A DNA stretch of 64,000 nt from Treponema sp. (GTDB lineage: Bacteria; Spirochaetota; Spirochaetia; Treponematales; Treponemataceae): positions 28,159-92,158 of the forward strand of contig JAFLSO010000003.1 in the NCBI GenBank assembly GCA_022510925.1. The letters are read 5' to 3'. A model generated the notes under the pieces. That model searched no databases and was not told the origin of the DNA. It worked only from the letters and a program-made list of their open reading frames with translations. This document shows, piece after piece, positions 18,219 to 27,920 of the stretch (positions are counted from its first letter, which is position 1; each line of letters opens with the position of its first letter). The translations under genes and the position numbers were made by a program.

Positions 18219-19484
18219 ATGGACGAGTATGACGCTCACGATTTGAAACTTCAGCAGATAGCCGCTAAACTTGACCAGCTGAATGGCATAAAGGATGTGG
18301 ATATTCTTCTGGAGAATATTCTTTCCGCTGCAAGGGAGATATCGCATGCGGACGCGGGCTCCATTTACGAGTACGTGGCGTCAGAGAACCTTTTGAAAAT
18401 CCGCTACAGCCAGAACGATTCCCAGCAGAAAAAACTTGCCGCCGGAGAGAAGCTTCCCTACATCTCATTCTCGTTCCGTCCCACACCTGAGACCATATCG
18501 GGCTATTGCTTCCTCTCAAAGAAAATCATAAACATAGCGGACTGCTATAACATGAGCGAGTACGAGGACTTGGCGCAGACTAAAAAACGTCCGTATAAAT
18601 TCGGATTCGACGCCGATAAAAGAACAGGCTATCACACCACCAGCATGCTTGCCATACCGCTTTTCATGACGGACGGAAGGGTGCTGGGAGTTCTGCAGAT
18701 TATAAACGCGCAGGATGATTACGGTAATGTGATTCCGTTCTCGCCGAATGTGGAATTCTATATCCAGCAGTTCGCCGCCAGGATAGGGCAGACTTACGAG
18801 AACGCGTTCCGCACGCGGCAGTGGATTGAGCGCATCGTCAAGACTGCCGGTCTCAGGGATCCGCGCGAGACAGGGGCGCACGTGGAGCGGGTGGCAAGTT
18901 TTGCCGTGGAGATTTATGACCGCTATGCATCCGATAAGGGCATAGACACTCATGAGCGGAACAAATTCCGTGACAGGCTTAAACTGGCCGCCAAGTGCCA
19001 TGACGTGGGAAAAGTTGGCGTGCCTGACAAAATACTTAAGAAGCAGGGCTGCCTGAAAGAGGACGAGCGTGCCATAATGAAAGGCCATACGTGCATAGGC
19101 GCGCAGATTTTTACGCCCGCGGAGGACGAGTGGGATGAGATGGCGCGTGACGTCTGTCTCCATCACCATGACCGCTGGGACGGCGGCGACACCGGTTATC
19201 CTGGGAATTTCAACTATATGATGTATGAGCCCGAGACGCTCATGCCCACAAAAATGGAGCAGGCTCTTAAAGGCGCAGACATTCCGCTCGCGGCGCGCAT
19301 AGTTGCCATAGCGGATGTTTATGACGCTCTGCGACACCGCAGGGTCTATAAGGAGCCGTGGACTCTGGATGCCACCGTCACGGAGCTGAAAAACCAGGCA
19401 GGCAGGCAGTTTGACCCTGAGCTTATAACCGCGTTCATGGAAATACTGGACCGTCTGGAGGCCATAAACAACTCAATCGAGTAG
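18219..19484 (+). CDS. GAF + HD-GYP domain protein (putative cyclic dinucleotide phosphodiesterase)
   Basis: GAF segment (ADAGSIY...SMLAIPL...VLGVLQIINA), then ETGAHVERV, HDVGKVGVPD, HHHDRWDG..GYP, ARIVAIADVYDAL and GRQFDP. Confidence 0.9.
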   Translation: MDEYDAHDLKLQQIAAKLDQLNGIKDVDILLENILSAAREISHADAGSIYEYVASENLLKIRYSQNDSQQKKLAAGEKLPYISFSFRPTPETISGYCFLSKKIINIADCYNMSEYEDLAQTKKRPYKFGFDADKRTGYHTTSMLAIPLFMTDGRVLGVLQIINAQDDYGNVIPFSPNVEFYIQQFAARIGQTYENAFRTRQWIERIVKTAGLRDPRETGAHVERVASFAVEIYDRYASDKGIDTHERNKFRDRLKLAAKCHDVGKVGVPDKILKKQGCLKEDERAIMKGHTCIGAQIFTPAEDEWDEMARDVCLHHHDRWDGGDTGYPGNFNYMMYEPETLMPTKMEQALKGADIPLAARIVAIADVYDALRHRRVYKEPWTLDATVTELKNQAGRQFDPELITAFMEILDRLEAINNSIE

Positions 19485-19946
19485 CTCGTGCAGCGCCTTG
19501 TCAAAGCAGCAGGAGAAAGCATGCAGCTCCTTATCGCCGTAAGTTTTATGAGGCCTTGCAGGCTGTATTCCCAGCGCAGAAATAAAAAGGCTCTCTTCCC
19601 TCTGCTCCAGAAATTTCTGTATGTTCTCCGATGAGAATCTTGTGCCACGGTCGTTTATCACGCAGATACCTTTTTCCAGTATTTTTGCCACCAGCGGAAT
19701 GTCGCGGGTTATCACCATGTCGCCGGTGCGCGCGCCCTCCAGTATGAGGTTATCCGCCGCGTCGGGAGCATTCTCGCATATACGCATGGTAAAGAGCGGG
19801 CTCTCCTCCGTGAACGGAATGTTCCTGTTTGCGGCGTAAACCACAGGAACATAATTCTTCTTTGCGGCTTTCAGAATCACTGATTTTGCTTTCTGCGGGA
19901 TAGAATCCGCGTCCACCCAGATTATGGGCTTCTCCGGATTCACCAT
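19473..19946 (-). CDS. YaiI/YqxD (DUF188) family protein
   Basis: Motifs IWVDADSIP, DAADNLI and GDMVITRDIPL. Start abuts the zapA stop. Confidence 0.85.
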   Translation of the reverse strand: MVNPEKPIIWVDADSIPQKAKSVILKAAKKNYVPVVYAANRNIPFTEESPLFTMRICENAPDAADNLILEGARTGDMVITRDIPLVAKILEKGICVINDRGTRFSSENIQKFLEQREESLFISALGIQPARPHKTYGDKELHAFSCCFDKALHELLD

Positions 19947-20246
19947 CTACTTAAGCGCCCTGTCTATTTTCTCTATAAGCCCCAGGGTGATTTTATCCTT
20001 TCTCTCGCCGTCTTTGTTAATGTCAGACAGCTCCTTGGAATATGAGAGGCTCTTCTGCTTTTCTTTTAAAAGCTCATCCACTAATGTGAGCCCTGATAAA
20101 ATGCTGATTTGCAGAGGGTCGTGCGTGCCGCTGAATGCGGACGTTATGTCCTTGTAGTAGGAAAGCAGACTCTGAAGATGCTCGTCATCCGCAGGTGACT
20201 GTATTGTGAACGAAGTTCCAAGAATATCAATCTTAAGCTTTCCCAT
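19947..20246 (-). CDS. zapA: Cell division protein ZapA
   Basis: LKIDILGTSFTI...QISILSGLTLVDEL followed by a coiled coil; typical ZapA size. Confidence 0.78.
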   Translation of the reverse strand: MGKLKIDILGTSFTIQSPADDEHLQSLLSYYKDITSAFSGTHDPLQISILSGLTLVDELLKEKQKSLSYSKELSDINKDGERKDKITLGLIEKIDRALK

Positions 20247-20257
20247 GGACGCCCCCG

Positions 20258-20749
20258 CTAGAAAATCTCAAACTGCCCGGTAAGGCCGTTATCCTGTTCT
20301 GAGGACTTAGAACCGTCATCTTGTCCACCCGTGCTGTCCTCCTCAAAAGAGAAGTCATTCTCGGCGGGAGCGGACTGTGCCTCGCTCTCACCGTTAATGG
20401 CGCTCGCGGAAGAAAGAAGCCCCGTCTGCGCCGGCTCGCCCTTATGCGGGGAACCTGAGTCCTCCGTGTCTGCGCCGGGCACGGGAGCCTGTTCAGGATC
20501 CTCCTCCGACGAGGTAAGCACGGAATTCTCCACTATGTCAAGCCGGTTCAGCGCTGTAAGGATGCCCTCCTCGATCTTGCTCTGCTCAGACTCCAGGCGC
20601 GAGACTAACTCCGTTTTCTCAGAAAGCGCTTTTGTGAGCTCTGCGCATTTGCTACGTAAAGCATCGTTATCTGATTTTAGCTGTGAGATTTTGTCCACAG
20701 CAGTCTCTACCTTTCTTTGTAAAAGCAGAACTTGATCAAGGGAAATCAT
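20258..20749 (-). CDS. zapB: ZapB-like coiled-coil protein with an acidic disordered tail
   Basis: Heptad coiled coil (LLQRKVETAVDKISQLKSDNDALR). Lies between rplT and zapA. Confidence 0.55.
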   Translation of the reverse strand: MISLDQVLLLQRKVETAVDKISQLKSDNDALRSKCAELTKALSEKTELVSRLESEQSKIEEGILTALNRLDIVENSVLTSSEEDPEQAPVPGADTEDSGSPHKGEPAQTGLLSSASAINGESEAQSAPAENDFSFEEDSTGGQDDGSKSSEQDNGLTGQFEIF

Positions 20750-20758
20750 GGCGGATCC

Positions 20759-21118
20759 TTATGCGTTCAGCGCTTTTTTTGCGACTTCCACTACGGCTTT
20801 GAATGCCGCGGGATCCTCTATGGCCATGTTGCTCAGAGCCTTGCGGTTCAGAGTAACACCTGCCTTAGTAAGACCGTCTATGAAGCGGCTGTAAGACAGC
20901 CCCTCATCGCGGACAGCGGCGTTTATACGCGCAATCCACAGCTGGCGGTAATCACGTTTTTTCAGCTTGCGTCCTGAATAGGCGTGGTCAAGCGCTTTGG
21001 TCACCGCATCCTTGGCGGGCTTGTAATTTGATTTTCTGTCGCCGTAAAAACCTTTCGCGAGCTTTAAAATTTTCGCGCGGCGATTTTTCCTTTTGGTACC
21101 ATCTATTGCTCTGGGCAT
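20759..21118 (-). CDS. rplT: 50S ribosomal protein L20
   Basis: MPRA...[30 protein letters not shown] and YSRFIDGL. Confidence 0.97.
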   Translation of the reverse strand: MPRAIDGTKRKNRRAKILKLAKGFYGDRKSNYKPAKDAVTKALDHAYSGRKLKKRDYRQLWIARINAAVRDEGLSYSRFIDGLTKAGVTLNRKALSNMAIEDPAAFKAVVEVAKKALNA

Positions 21119-21151
21119 GGCTCATTCTCCTGGAATAAAATTTTTTACGGC

Positions 21152-21352
21152 CTAACCGTAAGGCAGCATCTGCTTGCGGACTTTACGCGCGGAATCCTCA
21201 GAAAGGATGCCGGCATGGCGCAAGTCCTGCTTACGCTTAGGAGAGCGCTTCGTCAGAATATGGCGAAGATTCATTTTCTTGTACTTGACTTTTCCAGTAC
21301 CCGTCAGCGAGTAGCGTTTTGCCGCTGACTTTTTCGTTTTCATTTTGGGCAT
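21152..21352 (-). CDS. rpmI: 50S ribosomal protein L35
   Basis: [21 protein letters not shown]...RHILTK. Confidence 0.97.
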   Translation of the reverse strand: MPKMKTKKSAAKRYSLTGTGKVKYKKMNLRHILTKRSPKRKQDLRHAGILSEDSARKVRKQMLPYG

Positions 21353-21363
21353 TGCAACACCTC

Positions 21364-21888
21364 TTACTTTTTGACCCTGGAGGCAAGCGTCATTGACATA
21401 AAGCGTCCGTCCATGGCGGGCGCTTTCTCTATGACATACGAGCCTTCCGTAAGTCTTTTTTCTACTTCTTTCAGGACATCAAAACCAAGTTCCGTATGCG
21501 CGAGCTCACGTCCGCGGAAACGGATGGTGACTTTAACTTTGTCTCCCTCGTTTAAGAATTCCTGAACATGTTTCGCTTTGGTGTCAAGGTCGCCTGAGCC
21601 GATTTTGGGCTGCATGCGAATCTCCTTTAACTTAAGCACCTTCTGGTTCTTTTTGGAGTCACGGAGTTTTTTCTCCTGTTCAAACCGGTACTTTCCAAAG
21701 TCCAGAATCTTGCAAACCGGCGGATTAGCATTTGGCGAAACTTCCACAAGGTCTAGGTCTCGTTCCCTTGCCATTTTGAGGGCTTCTATAGTCGGGATAA
21801 TTCCCTTTTGTTCGCCTTCATCATCAATGAGTCTGATTTCCCGCACGCGTATCTGCTCGTTTACGCGCATTCCCTTATTGTCTGCCAA
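21364..21888 (-). CDS. infC: Translation initiation factor IF-3
   Basis: [35 protein letters not shown] and [13 protein letters not shown] start behind TAAGGAGG. Confidence 0.96.
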   Translation of the reverse strand: MADNKGMRVNEQIRVREIRLIDDEGEQKGIIPTIEALKMARERDLDLVEVSPNANPPVCKILDFGKYRFEQEKKLRDSKKNQKVLKLKEIRMQPKIGSGDLDTKAKHVQEFLNEGDKVKVTIRFRGRELAHTELGFDVLKEVEKRLTEGSYVIEKAPAMDGRFMSMTLASRVKK

Positions 21889-22058
21889 CGATCCTCCTTA
21901 GTGTATGCAAGACACTCTTTACTTACGCGGCATGACAGCCTGTGCGCAGTAAATATAGCATGGCAGGATTTTATCAGAATTCACAGAGCCTTGTCTAGTA
22001 TGGGAGCACAAAATAACGGCCCGCGCGCGAAAGAATTCCCCAGTGGTCAGGCGGAGAG

Positions 22059-22718
22059 CTACATTGTCATGAAGATGGGAGTGCGCTCGTGCCGTTTTTT
22101 GTAGATTATGCAGAAAGCCATGCCGGCCGCGAAAATCAATGCCGAGAGCGCTATGAGAACTGACGGGCGCCGTCCGAAATAGAAGCAAGTCTCCATGAGC
22201 GGCGGAATGATGAGCGCACCCGGAATCAGAAGCAGGCTTATTATGGCGGATGACTTTTTGTGGTCCTCTAACGCGCTCAGGGCGGAGGAGGCGAGCACTG
22301 GAATCAGGACGGAGACTGAGCAGTCCAGGAGCGGCAGGGCGATAAGGTTGAACGCCGCGGAATTCTCGCCTGTGATTACATGGTACGGCATGAACACAGC
22401 CATGAACGCTCCCAAAAGCGGTGCCAGAGCCGCGCATTTGTATTCCCATGTGTCTTTTGAGAGCATGAAAAACAGCGCGCATAAAAGGGCGCATGGTATA
22501 AGGTAGCGCTTCAGCAGAATCCCCAGGAACGTCATGAGCGCGGATGCTGAGTGTGATATGACGGGCAGCATAAAGAATTCCTGTATGGCGCACAGAACAA
22601 GGGCAAAGAAAAATCCCCACAGCGCGGGCGGCACAAAGGCCTTCCACTCGAATTTCTGGTGCGTGAGCGCATACCAGATGATAAATGAGGGCAGCGCCAA
22701 AAACAAAAAGACATACAT
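22059..22718 (-). CDS. Hypothetical integral membrane protein
   Basis: About seven hydrophobic segments. The likely ATG is 22718, 6 nt after an extended -10 (TG-c-TACCCT). Confidence 0.7.
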   Translation of the reverse strand: MYVFLFLALPSFIIWYALTHQKFEWKAFVPPALWGFFFALVLCAIQEFFMLPVISHSASALMTFLGILLKRYLIPCALLCALFFMLSKDTWEYKCAALAPLLGAFMAVFMPYHVITGENSAAFNLIALPLLDCSVSVLIPVLASSALSALEDHKKSSAIISLLLIPGALIIPPLMETCFYFGRRPSVLIALSALIFAAGMAFCIIYKKRHERTPIFMTM

Positions 22719-22798
22719 GACCTTAGGGTAGCATGAAACGTGTGTCCTTTGCAACAGCGGACCGCATCGCTGGGGCCTTCTGTATTAAGGTAGCGCGC

Positions 22799-22833
22799 AA
22801 AAAAAAATCCCGGACTCCGCATGGAAGTCCGGG
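22799..22833 (-). terminator. Intrinsic terminator after the MCP gene
   Basis: Stem CCCGGACT/AGTCCGGG with an A9 tract on the plus strand (U tract on minus). Confidence 0.78.
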
Positions 22834-22852
22834 CGTGCAGTGAGAGAGGGCC

Positions 22853-24946
22853 TTAGACCGTGAACTGGTCTATCTGTGTTCCCATCTTCTTTATGGACTG
22901 CTCAACACGGCCTGTCACGTCAGTGAGCATGGTTCCTGTTTTGTTTATCTGCTGCGCTCCTATGTGCATCTCGTCCATGCTCTGCTTCATAACAATCGTT
23001 ACGTTCTGCAGATGCTGGACCTCCTCAAGTATGACTTTGTTTCCCTCGTTCATTTCCGCGGAGGCGTTCCTTACCTCTACGGTGGAGTCGTTCATGAGCT
23101 TAAGGGCCTCCGTAATCTGGCGTGAGCCCTCGTTCTGCTCCTCCATGGCGGAGCGAATCTGCATGACGAGCTGGTCAGTGGCAGTGAGCTCCTGCTGAAC
23201 CTGGGAGAACACCTGGCTTGATTCCGTGGATGCGGAGACCACGTTCACTATGGCCTCTTTTATCTGAGTGAGCTGATCGCCTATGGTCTTTGACTGCTGT
23301 GTGGATGTCTCGGACAGCTTTCTGATCTCGTCCGCGACGACAGCGAATCCTTTTCCTGCCTCGCCAGCGTGCGCCGCCTCAATCGCCGCGTTCATGGCAA
23401 GCAGGTTTGTCTGCTCCGCTATGTTCGCTATGGCGGTGTTTGCCTCCTGCAGCATCTGTGACTGCATGTCAATCTGCTGCACGCGCTCGCTTACTACTGC
23501 AAGCTTCTCGAAGCCATGGTGCGAGTGCTCCTGCAGGTCGTTGAATGACTGCGACATCTTCTCCATGGAGCTGTTCACCGAGCGGATGTTTCCTATCATC
23601 TGCTCCACGGCGGCGGATGCCTCAGTCACACCGTTGGACTGGTTCTCTATCATGTGGTTGAGCGCGGTTATGTTCGCGGAAATCTCGTCCACGGCTCCCG
23701 CTGTCTGCTCCACGCTCTGCTTCTGTCCGGTGACCTGGTTGTGTATGCTCTCTATGTTCGCCAGAATCTCATGCACGGCGCTCGCAGTCTCGTCCGTGGT
23801 GTTCTGAAGGTCTGAGCCCGCCACATCCATGCTGTCTTTGCTTTCCTTCATGTGCTTGATTATGGTCTGGAGCTTCTCGGTGAAGGCGTTGAATCCGTGC
23901 ACCACGTCTCCTATCTCATCGTTGACTGTAACGGTGATGCGCTTTGTAAGGTCCGCCTCGCCGGAGCTTATGTCGCTCAGCGTGGCGCGCACTGTCTTAA
24001 GCGGTTTCAGAAGATTTACGATTATGATTCCGGATATAACGCACAGGATTATGACCAGGGCCAGCATGAATATGGTGCTTGTGATGAGCACGCTTTGCAT
24101 GGTGTCGTCTATGGCCCTCTTGCTTCCGAACGTGGAGACCATTCCCGTTATTTTTCCAAGCTCCGTTTTGAGGGGGAAGTATATGTTCAGGTAGTTCTCT
24201 CCAAGAAGAACGGAGTCCGTCTCGTAGGTCTCGCCGTTGACCTCAACGCGGCGCAGTACCTCGGGGTTGGTCACTTTGGAGCCGGCCCATGATTTTCCGT
24301 CAGCGTCCCTTATGGTGCTGGACACGCGGGTGTCGCCCTCCATTATGGAAATCTCTATGTTGTATATATCTTTCAGATTGTCCACGAAGCTCTGCTTGGA
24401 GAGGTCCTTGCCGGCCACCAGGCTTCCCAGGAGAGTTCCGCGCTCGTTGCGTATCTCCGCGGCGGCAAGCATGGAGTAGCCTATCATTCCGGGCTTGGAC
24501 TCGTATGTTTTTGCCTCGGCCATGCCTTCACGCACTATGTCCTTGACGCACGCCATGTCGGCCGCGTCCTGTCCGCGTGTGAAAGTTCCGCCGGAGCCGA
24601 ATATGATGCGTCCGCGCGCGTCCGTGACGAATATTATGTCGTTTCCGATAATCCTGCGCTTCTGCTCCGCAAGGCGGCCCACCAGTTCCGCGTCCCCGTT
24701 CTCCATGGCCTCCACGAAGTTAGGTCGCTCGGCGAGTGCTACCACCGCGTTGCGCAGAATCGTGGTCGTGTCCACGAAATTGTTCAGGATTCCGCGCTGC
24801 ACAGTCTGTAAATTCGTCTTTACGTTGGCGCTGAATTCTTTCTTGAATTTGTTAAGGCTCATGAATTCCACTGTCAGAGCAGAAACTACTATAGAGATAC
24901 CTACAATGATACCTATCTTTACCGACAGTCCCAAGCTTTTTCGCAT
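22853..24946 (-). CDS. Methyl-accepting chemotaxis protein (Cache-type sensor, HAMP, signalling domain)
   Basis: Two TM helices, HAMP segment (GEADLTKRI...DEIG) and the hairpin tip [45 protein letters not shown]. Confidence 0.95.
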   Translation of the reverse strand: MRKSLGLSVKIGIIVGISIVVSALTVEFMSLNKFKKEFSANVKTNLQTVQRGILNNFVDTTTILRNAVVALAERPNFVEAMENGDAELVGRLAEQKRRIIGNDIIFVTDARGRIIFGSGGTFTRGQDAADMACVKDIVREGMAEAKTYESKPGMIGYSMLAAAEIRNERGTLLGSLVAGKDLSKQSFVDNLKDIYNIEISIMEGDTRVSSTIRDADGKSWAGSKVTNPEVLRRVEVNGETYETDSVLLGENYLNIYFPLKTELGKITGMVSTFGSKRAIDDTMQSVLITSTIFMLALVIILCVISGIIIVNLLKPLKTVRATLSDISSGEADLTKRITVTVNDEIGDVVHGFNAFTEKLQTIIKHMKESKDSMDVAGSDLQNTTDETASAVHEILANIESIHNQVTGQKQSVEQTAGAVDEISANITALNHMIENQSNGVTEASAAVEQMIGNIRSVNSSMEKMSQSFNDLQEHSHHGFEKLAVVSERVQQIDMQSQMLQEANTAIANIAEQTNLLAMNAAIEAAHAGEAGKGFAVVADEIRKLSETSTQQSKTIGDQLTQIKEAIVNVVSASTESSQVFSQVQQELTATDQLVMQIRSAMEEQNEGSRQITEALKLMNDSTVEVRNASAEMNEGNKVILEEVQHLQNVTIVMKQSMDEMHIGAQQINKTGTMLTDVTGRVEQSIKKMGTQIDQFTV

Positions 24947-25147
24947 ATTGCAAACCTCCGTGCTTCTTTTAGACCTTTTTTAAATGTTTTGACTTAACGT
25001 ATGGTTTGAACCACTATCGCACATAATTATAAGAAATAGAAGCGGTTTTGTACACCACTTGGGCGGTCTCCCTGCTGAAAAATCTGTGGAAGAGGCGCTC
25101 CGCGCAGGACATTCCCCGCGCGAAAAGAGGTGCCGTCAGTCCCCCGC

Positions 25148-26149
25148 TCAGTCAAACGCGTGTCCGGCGGAGCCCATAACGTCCGTGTTCTTGCGGGCGT
25201 ACATTTTCTTCAGCTCGTCGCGCGCAGGGCCCAGGTAGAGCCTGGGGTCGAACACGTCAGGCTGCTCCGAGAATATGCGGCGCACCGCAGCCGTCATCGC
25301 AAGGCGTCCGTCTGAGTCCACGTTGATTTTGCACACCGCGCTCTTGGCCGCCTTGCGCAGCTGGTCCTCGGGGATGCCCACTGAGTTGGGGATTTTTCCG
25401 CCGTATTTCTCTATCTCCTTGACGTACTCCACAGGAACGGATGACGCCCCGTGCAGGACGATGGGGAATCCGGGGAGCTGCTTCTCTATGGCCTCCAGCA
25501 CATCGAATGCGAGCGGCGGGGGAATGAGCACTCCATCCACTAGCTTGCACTGCTCCGGGGTGAATTTGCATCTTCCGTGGCTGGTTCCTATGGATATGGC
25601 CAGAGAGTCGCAGCCAGTCTTTGACGTGAAGTCCACCACTTCCTCAGGCTTTGTGTACTTGGACTCCTCCGCGGCCACATCGTCCTCCACGCCGCCCAGG
25701 ACGCCGAGCTCAGCCTCCACAGTGACATAATCCTTCTGGCTGTGGGCGTACTCCACCACCTGCCTGGTGAGCTTGACGTTCTCGTCGTAGGAGAGTGAGG
25801 AGCCGTCAATCATCACGGATGAGAACCCGTTGTCTATGCAGTCCTTGGCCACCTCGAAATTCGGACCGTGGTCCAGGTGCAGCACTATGGGGATGTCCGC
25901 GCCCAGCTCATGCGCATACTCCACCGCGCCGCGGGCCATGTTGCGCAGTATGAATTTGTCCGCGTAGTTCCTGGCGCCCTTGGATACCTGCAGGATGACG
26001 GGGGACTTAGTCTCCACGCATGCCTGGATTATGGCCTGCATCTGCTCCATGTTATTGAAATTGTAAGCGGGAATGGCGTATCCGCCCTTCATGGCCTTTG
26101 CAAACATATCCTTGGTGTTTACAAGTCCCAGCTCTTTGTAACTGAACAT
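25148..26149 (-). CDS. fba: Class II fructose-bisphosphate aldolase
   Basis: Motifs YAIPAYNFNN, LHLDHG, SSVMIDGS, EAELG, SIGTSHG, VLHGASS and KINVDSD. Confidence 0.96.
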   Translation of the reverse strand: MFSYKELGLVNTKDMFAKAMKGGYAIPAYNFNNMEQMQAIIQACVETKSPVILQVSKGARNYADKFILRNMARGAVEYAHELGADIPIVLHLDHGPNFEVAKDCIDNGFSSVMIDGSSLSYDENVKLTRQVVEYAHSQKDYVTVEAELGVLGGVEDDVAAEESKYTKPEEVVDFTSKTGCDSLAISIGTSHGRCKFTPEQCKLVDGVLIPPPLAFDVLEAIEKQLPGFPIVLHGASSVPVEYVKEIEKYGGKIPNSVGIPEDQLRKAAKSAVCKINVDSDGRLAMTAAVRRIFSEQPDVFDPRLYLGPARDELKKMYARKNTDVMGSAGHAFD

Positions 26150-26239
26150 AATATCTCCTTTAATCTATCAGTTGTGTAGATTTTTAATAAAGGATACGCC
26201 ATTTACAGTTAAAATTCAAGTCAAAATCTTTTTAGGCGT

Positions 26240-26268
26240 TTGACAAAGAGCGCACAGGCAAATATAAT
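26240..26268 (+). promoter_or_regulatory. Perfect-consensus sigma70 promoter of the flaA pair
   Basis: TTGACA (26240-45)-N17-TATAAT (26263-68). Confidence 0.85.
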
Positions 26269-26301
26269 GGTCACATGTGAATTCGCGGGCGTAAAAGCGC
26301 T

Positions 26302-26328
26302 CAAGGTTTTGCATGAAGCTGCCGATAA
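26302..26328 (+). promoter_or_regulatory. sigma28 (FliA)-type promoter of the flaA pair
   Basis: CAAGGTTT-N11-GCCGATAA against the consensus TAAAGTTT-N11-GCCGATAA: -10 matches 8/8 and -35 matches 6/8. Confidence 0.65.
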
Positions 26329-26366
26329 ATTAAAGTAAAAGAAAGAGTCTTTTCAAGGAGATTTGA

Positions 26367-27113
26367 ATGAAGAAGGGCGCAATAGTTTTAAGCCTGGGTC
26401 TTGCTGTCGCAATGTGCGTTCCAGCCGTTGCCCAACCTAGCGCTAAGGCCGTGGAGACAATCGTTATCGATAATTTCGATACTCCGGATGACATGGAATG
26501 GTCATGGGGTGTCCGCACCAGCCGCTTTGTGGCGGACGGCTATCCTATAGCCCGCTTTTTTGAGGGAATGCCTAACTCCCTCAAAGCGTACCGCAAAGAT
26601 TCTGACCCCGCCGCGCAGGTGCTCGGCGTTAAGGTCGCTTTTAACCGCAAGGGCGACAACTGGTTCGAGGTGTTCCCCCAGGACGGTGACGGCAACGCCT
26701 ACGAGCCCGAATTCCTGGGCACCGTCACTCAGATGGACTTCTGGGTGTGGGGAGCCAACTATAACTACGTTCTTGAGGTCCTTCTGCGCGACGCAAACGG
26801 CCGTGTGGTAACGCTCAATGCGGGAAGCCTTATGTTCAACGGATGGCGCAACATAGTGGTGAACGTGCCCGGCTCCATCCCCCAGCGCTCCCGCCTTCGC
26901 AACGGCCGCAGGAACCTTACTTTCGTGGGATTCAGGATCCGCTCCAGCGTGCACGAGGCGGTTGACAATTATGTGATTTACTTCGATCAGCTTAAGTACA
27001 CCACTAACACCCTGTCCGACATCTTCGACGGCTACGATTTGCGTGATTCCGATTTCGGTGACTCTGATAACACTAGTGGCGGCAGCAGCTCAGGCGTGGC
27101 CGCAGAAAAGTAA
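26367..27113 (+). CDS. flaA: Flagellar filament outer-layer (sheath) protein, FlaA family
   Basis: Signal peptide, VLGVKVAFNRKG, MDFWVWGANYNY, FNGWRN and YVIYFDQL. AAGGAG SD. Confidence 0.88.
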   Translation: MKKGAIVLSLGLAVAMCVPAVAQPSAKAVETIVIDNFDTPDDMEWSWGVRTSRFVADGYPIARFFEGMPNSLKAYRKDSDPAAQVLGVKVAFNRKGDNWFEVFPQDGDGNAYEPEFLGTVTQMDFWVWGANYNYVLEVLLRDANGRVVTLNAGSLMFNGWRNIVVNVPGSIPQRSRLRNGRRNLTFVGFRIRSSVHEAVDNYVIYFDQLKYTTNTLSDIFDGYDLRDSDFGDSDNTSGGSSSGVAAEK

Positions 27114-27128
27114 AGAGGCGGTAAGAAA

Positions 27129-27848
27129 ATGAAGAAATTTTATTTAGCGATTTTTGCACTGGCAGCCATGTCCGTTGCCGCTTTTGCCCAGGAAAGCCTT
27201 TCTGACCCGGACCCGTCGTCAGTGGGAAACGACAGCGCGCGCCAGGCCCTGCGCGAGGTGAGCGTGGACCGTTTTGAGCGCGAGGGCTCATGGAACGTGC
27301 GCATATCCCCTGATTTCGGTGTAATCTCAGGCCGCCTGTTCGACGGAAGTCCTGCCGGCAAGGAGCCCCTTAACGATGCTGACAACAAGGAGATCGAGGA
27401 TTCAAAGGTACTCGGCGTCAAAGTGGAATTCTTCCGCCGTGGCGTTAACTCTTTCTTTGTGACCGCCGCCCGTCCTCTTCCTATAGAGGGCGTTACCAAA
27501 ACCGTGTCCGTGTGGGTGTGCGGAAGGAACATGGCCCATCAGATGTGGCTTCTGGTGCAGGACTACAACGGAAACAACTTTGAGATTTGGCTCGGCTCTT
27601 TGGAATTCGCGGGCTGGAAGAAGCTTACGACAGCCATTCCTCCTTCTCCTGACGGAGAGCACGGAATCATACAGACCGACACGCACAACGGTGACCGCCC
27701 CGGTCTCCGCATAGTGGGATTCCGCATCGACTGCAACCCCATGGAGGCTCGCGGCACATACTATATGTACCTGGACGATCTGCGCGCAGTGACGGACCTG
27801 TACGATGTGGAGAATCGTGACGAGGACGACATGAGCGACGCGTGGTAA
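27129..27848 (+). CDS. flaA: Second FlaA-family flagellar sheath protein
   Basis: Signal peptide, VLGVKVEFFRRG, SVWVCGRN, LEFAGWKKL and YYMYLDDL; paralogue of the upstream gene. Confidence 0.88.
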   Translation: MKKFYLAIFALAAMSVAAFAQESLSDPDPSSVGNDSARQALREVSVDRFEREGSWNVRISPDFGVISGRLFDGSPAGKEPLNDADNKEIEDSKVLGVKVEFFRRGVNSFFVTAARPLPIEGVTKTVSVWVCGRNMAHQMWLLVQDYNGNNFEIWLGSLEFAGWKKLTTAIPPSPDGEHGIIQTDTHNGDRPGLRIVGFRIDCNPMEARGTYYMYLDDLRAVTDLYDVENRDEDDMSDAW

Positions 27849-27876
27849 TGCCATGCGGCTGTAGATAATCTCTGCG

Positions 27877-27904
27877 CCCCGCCGTACTGACGGCGGGGAT
27901 TTTT
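27877..27904 (+). terminator. Intrinsic terminator after the flaA pair
   Basis: 9-bp stem CCCCGCCGT-actg-ACGGCGGGG followed by ATTTTT. Confidence 0.8.
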
Positions 27905-27920
27905 GTCTTTAAAAAAATCG

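Noticed and set aside
19140-19290. Insertion after the GYP motif of the HD-GYP protein
   Set aside because: Variable inserts at this position are common in GAF-HD-GYP proteins as I recall them, and the metal-binding residues look intact.
19940-19950. 6S RNA downstream of zapA, as in many bacteria
   Set aside because: The zapA stop abuts the next start codon, so there is no room for it.
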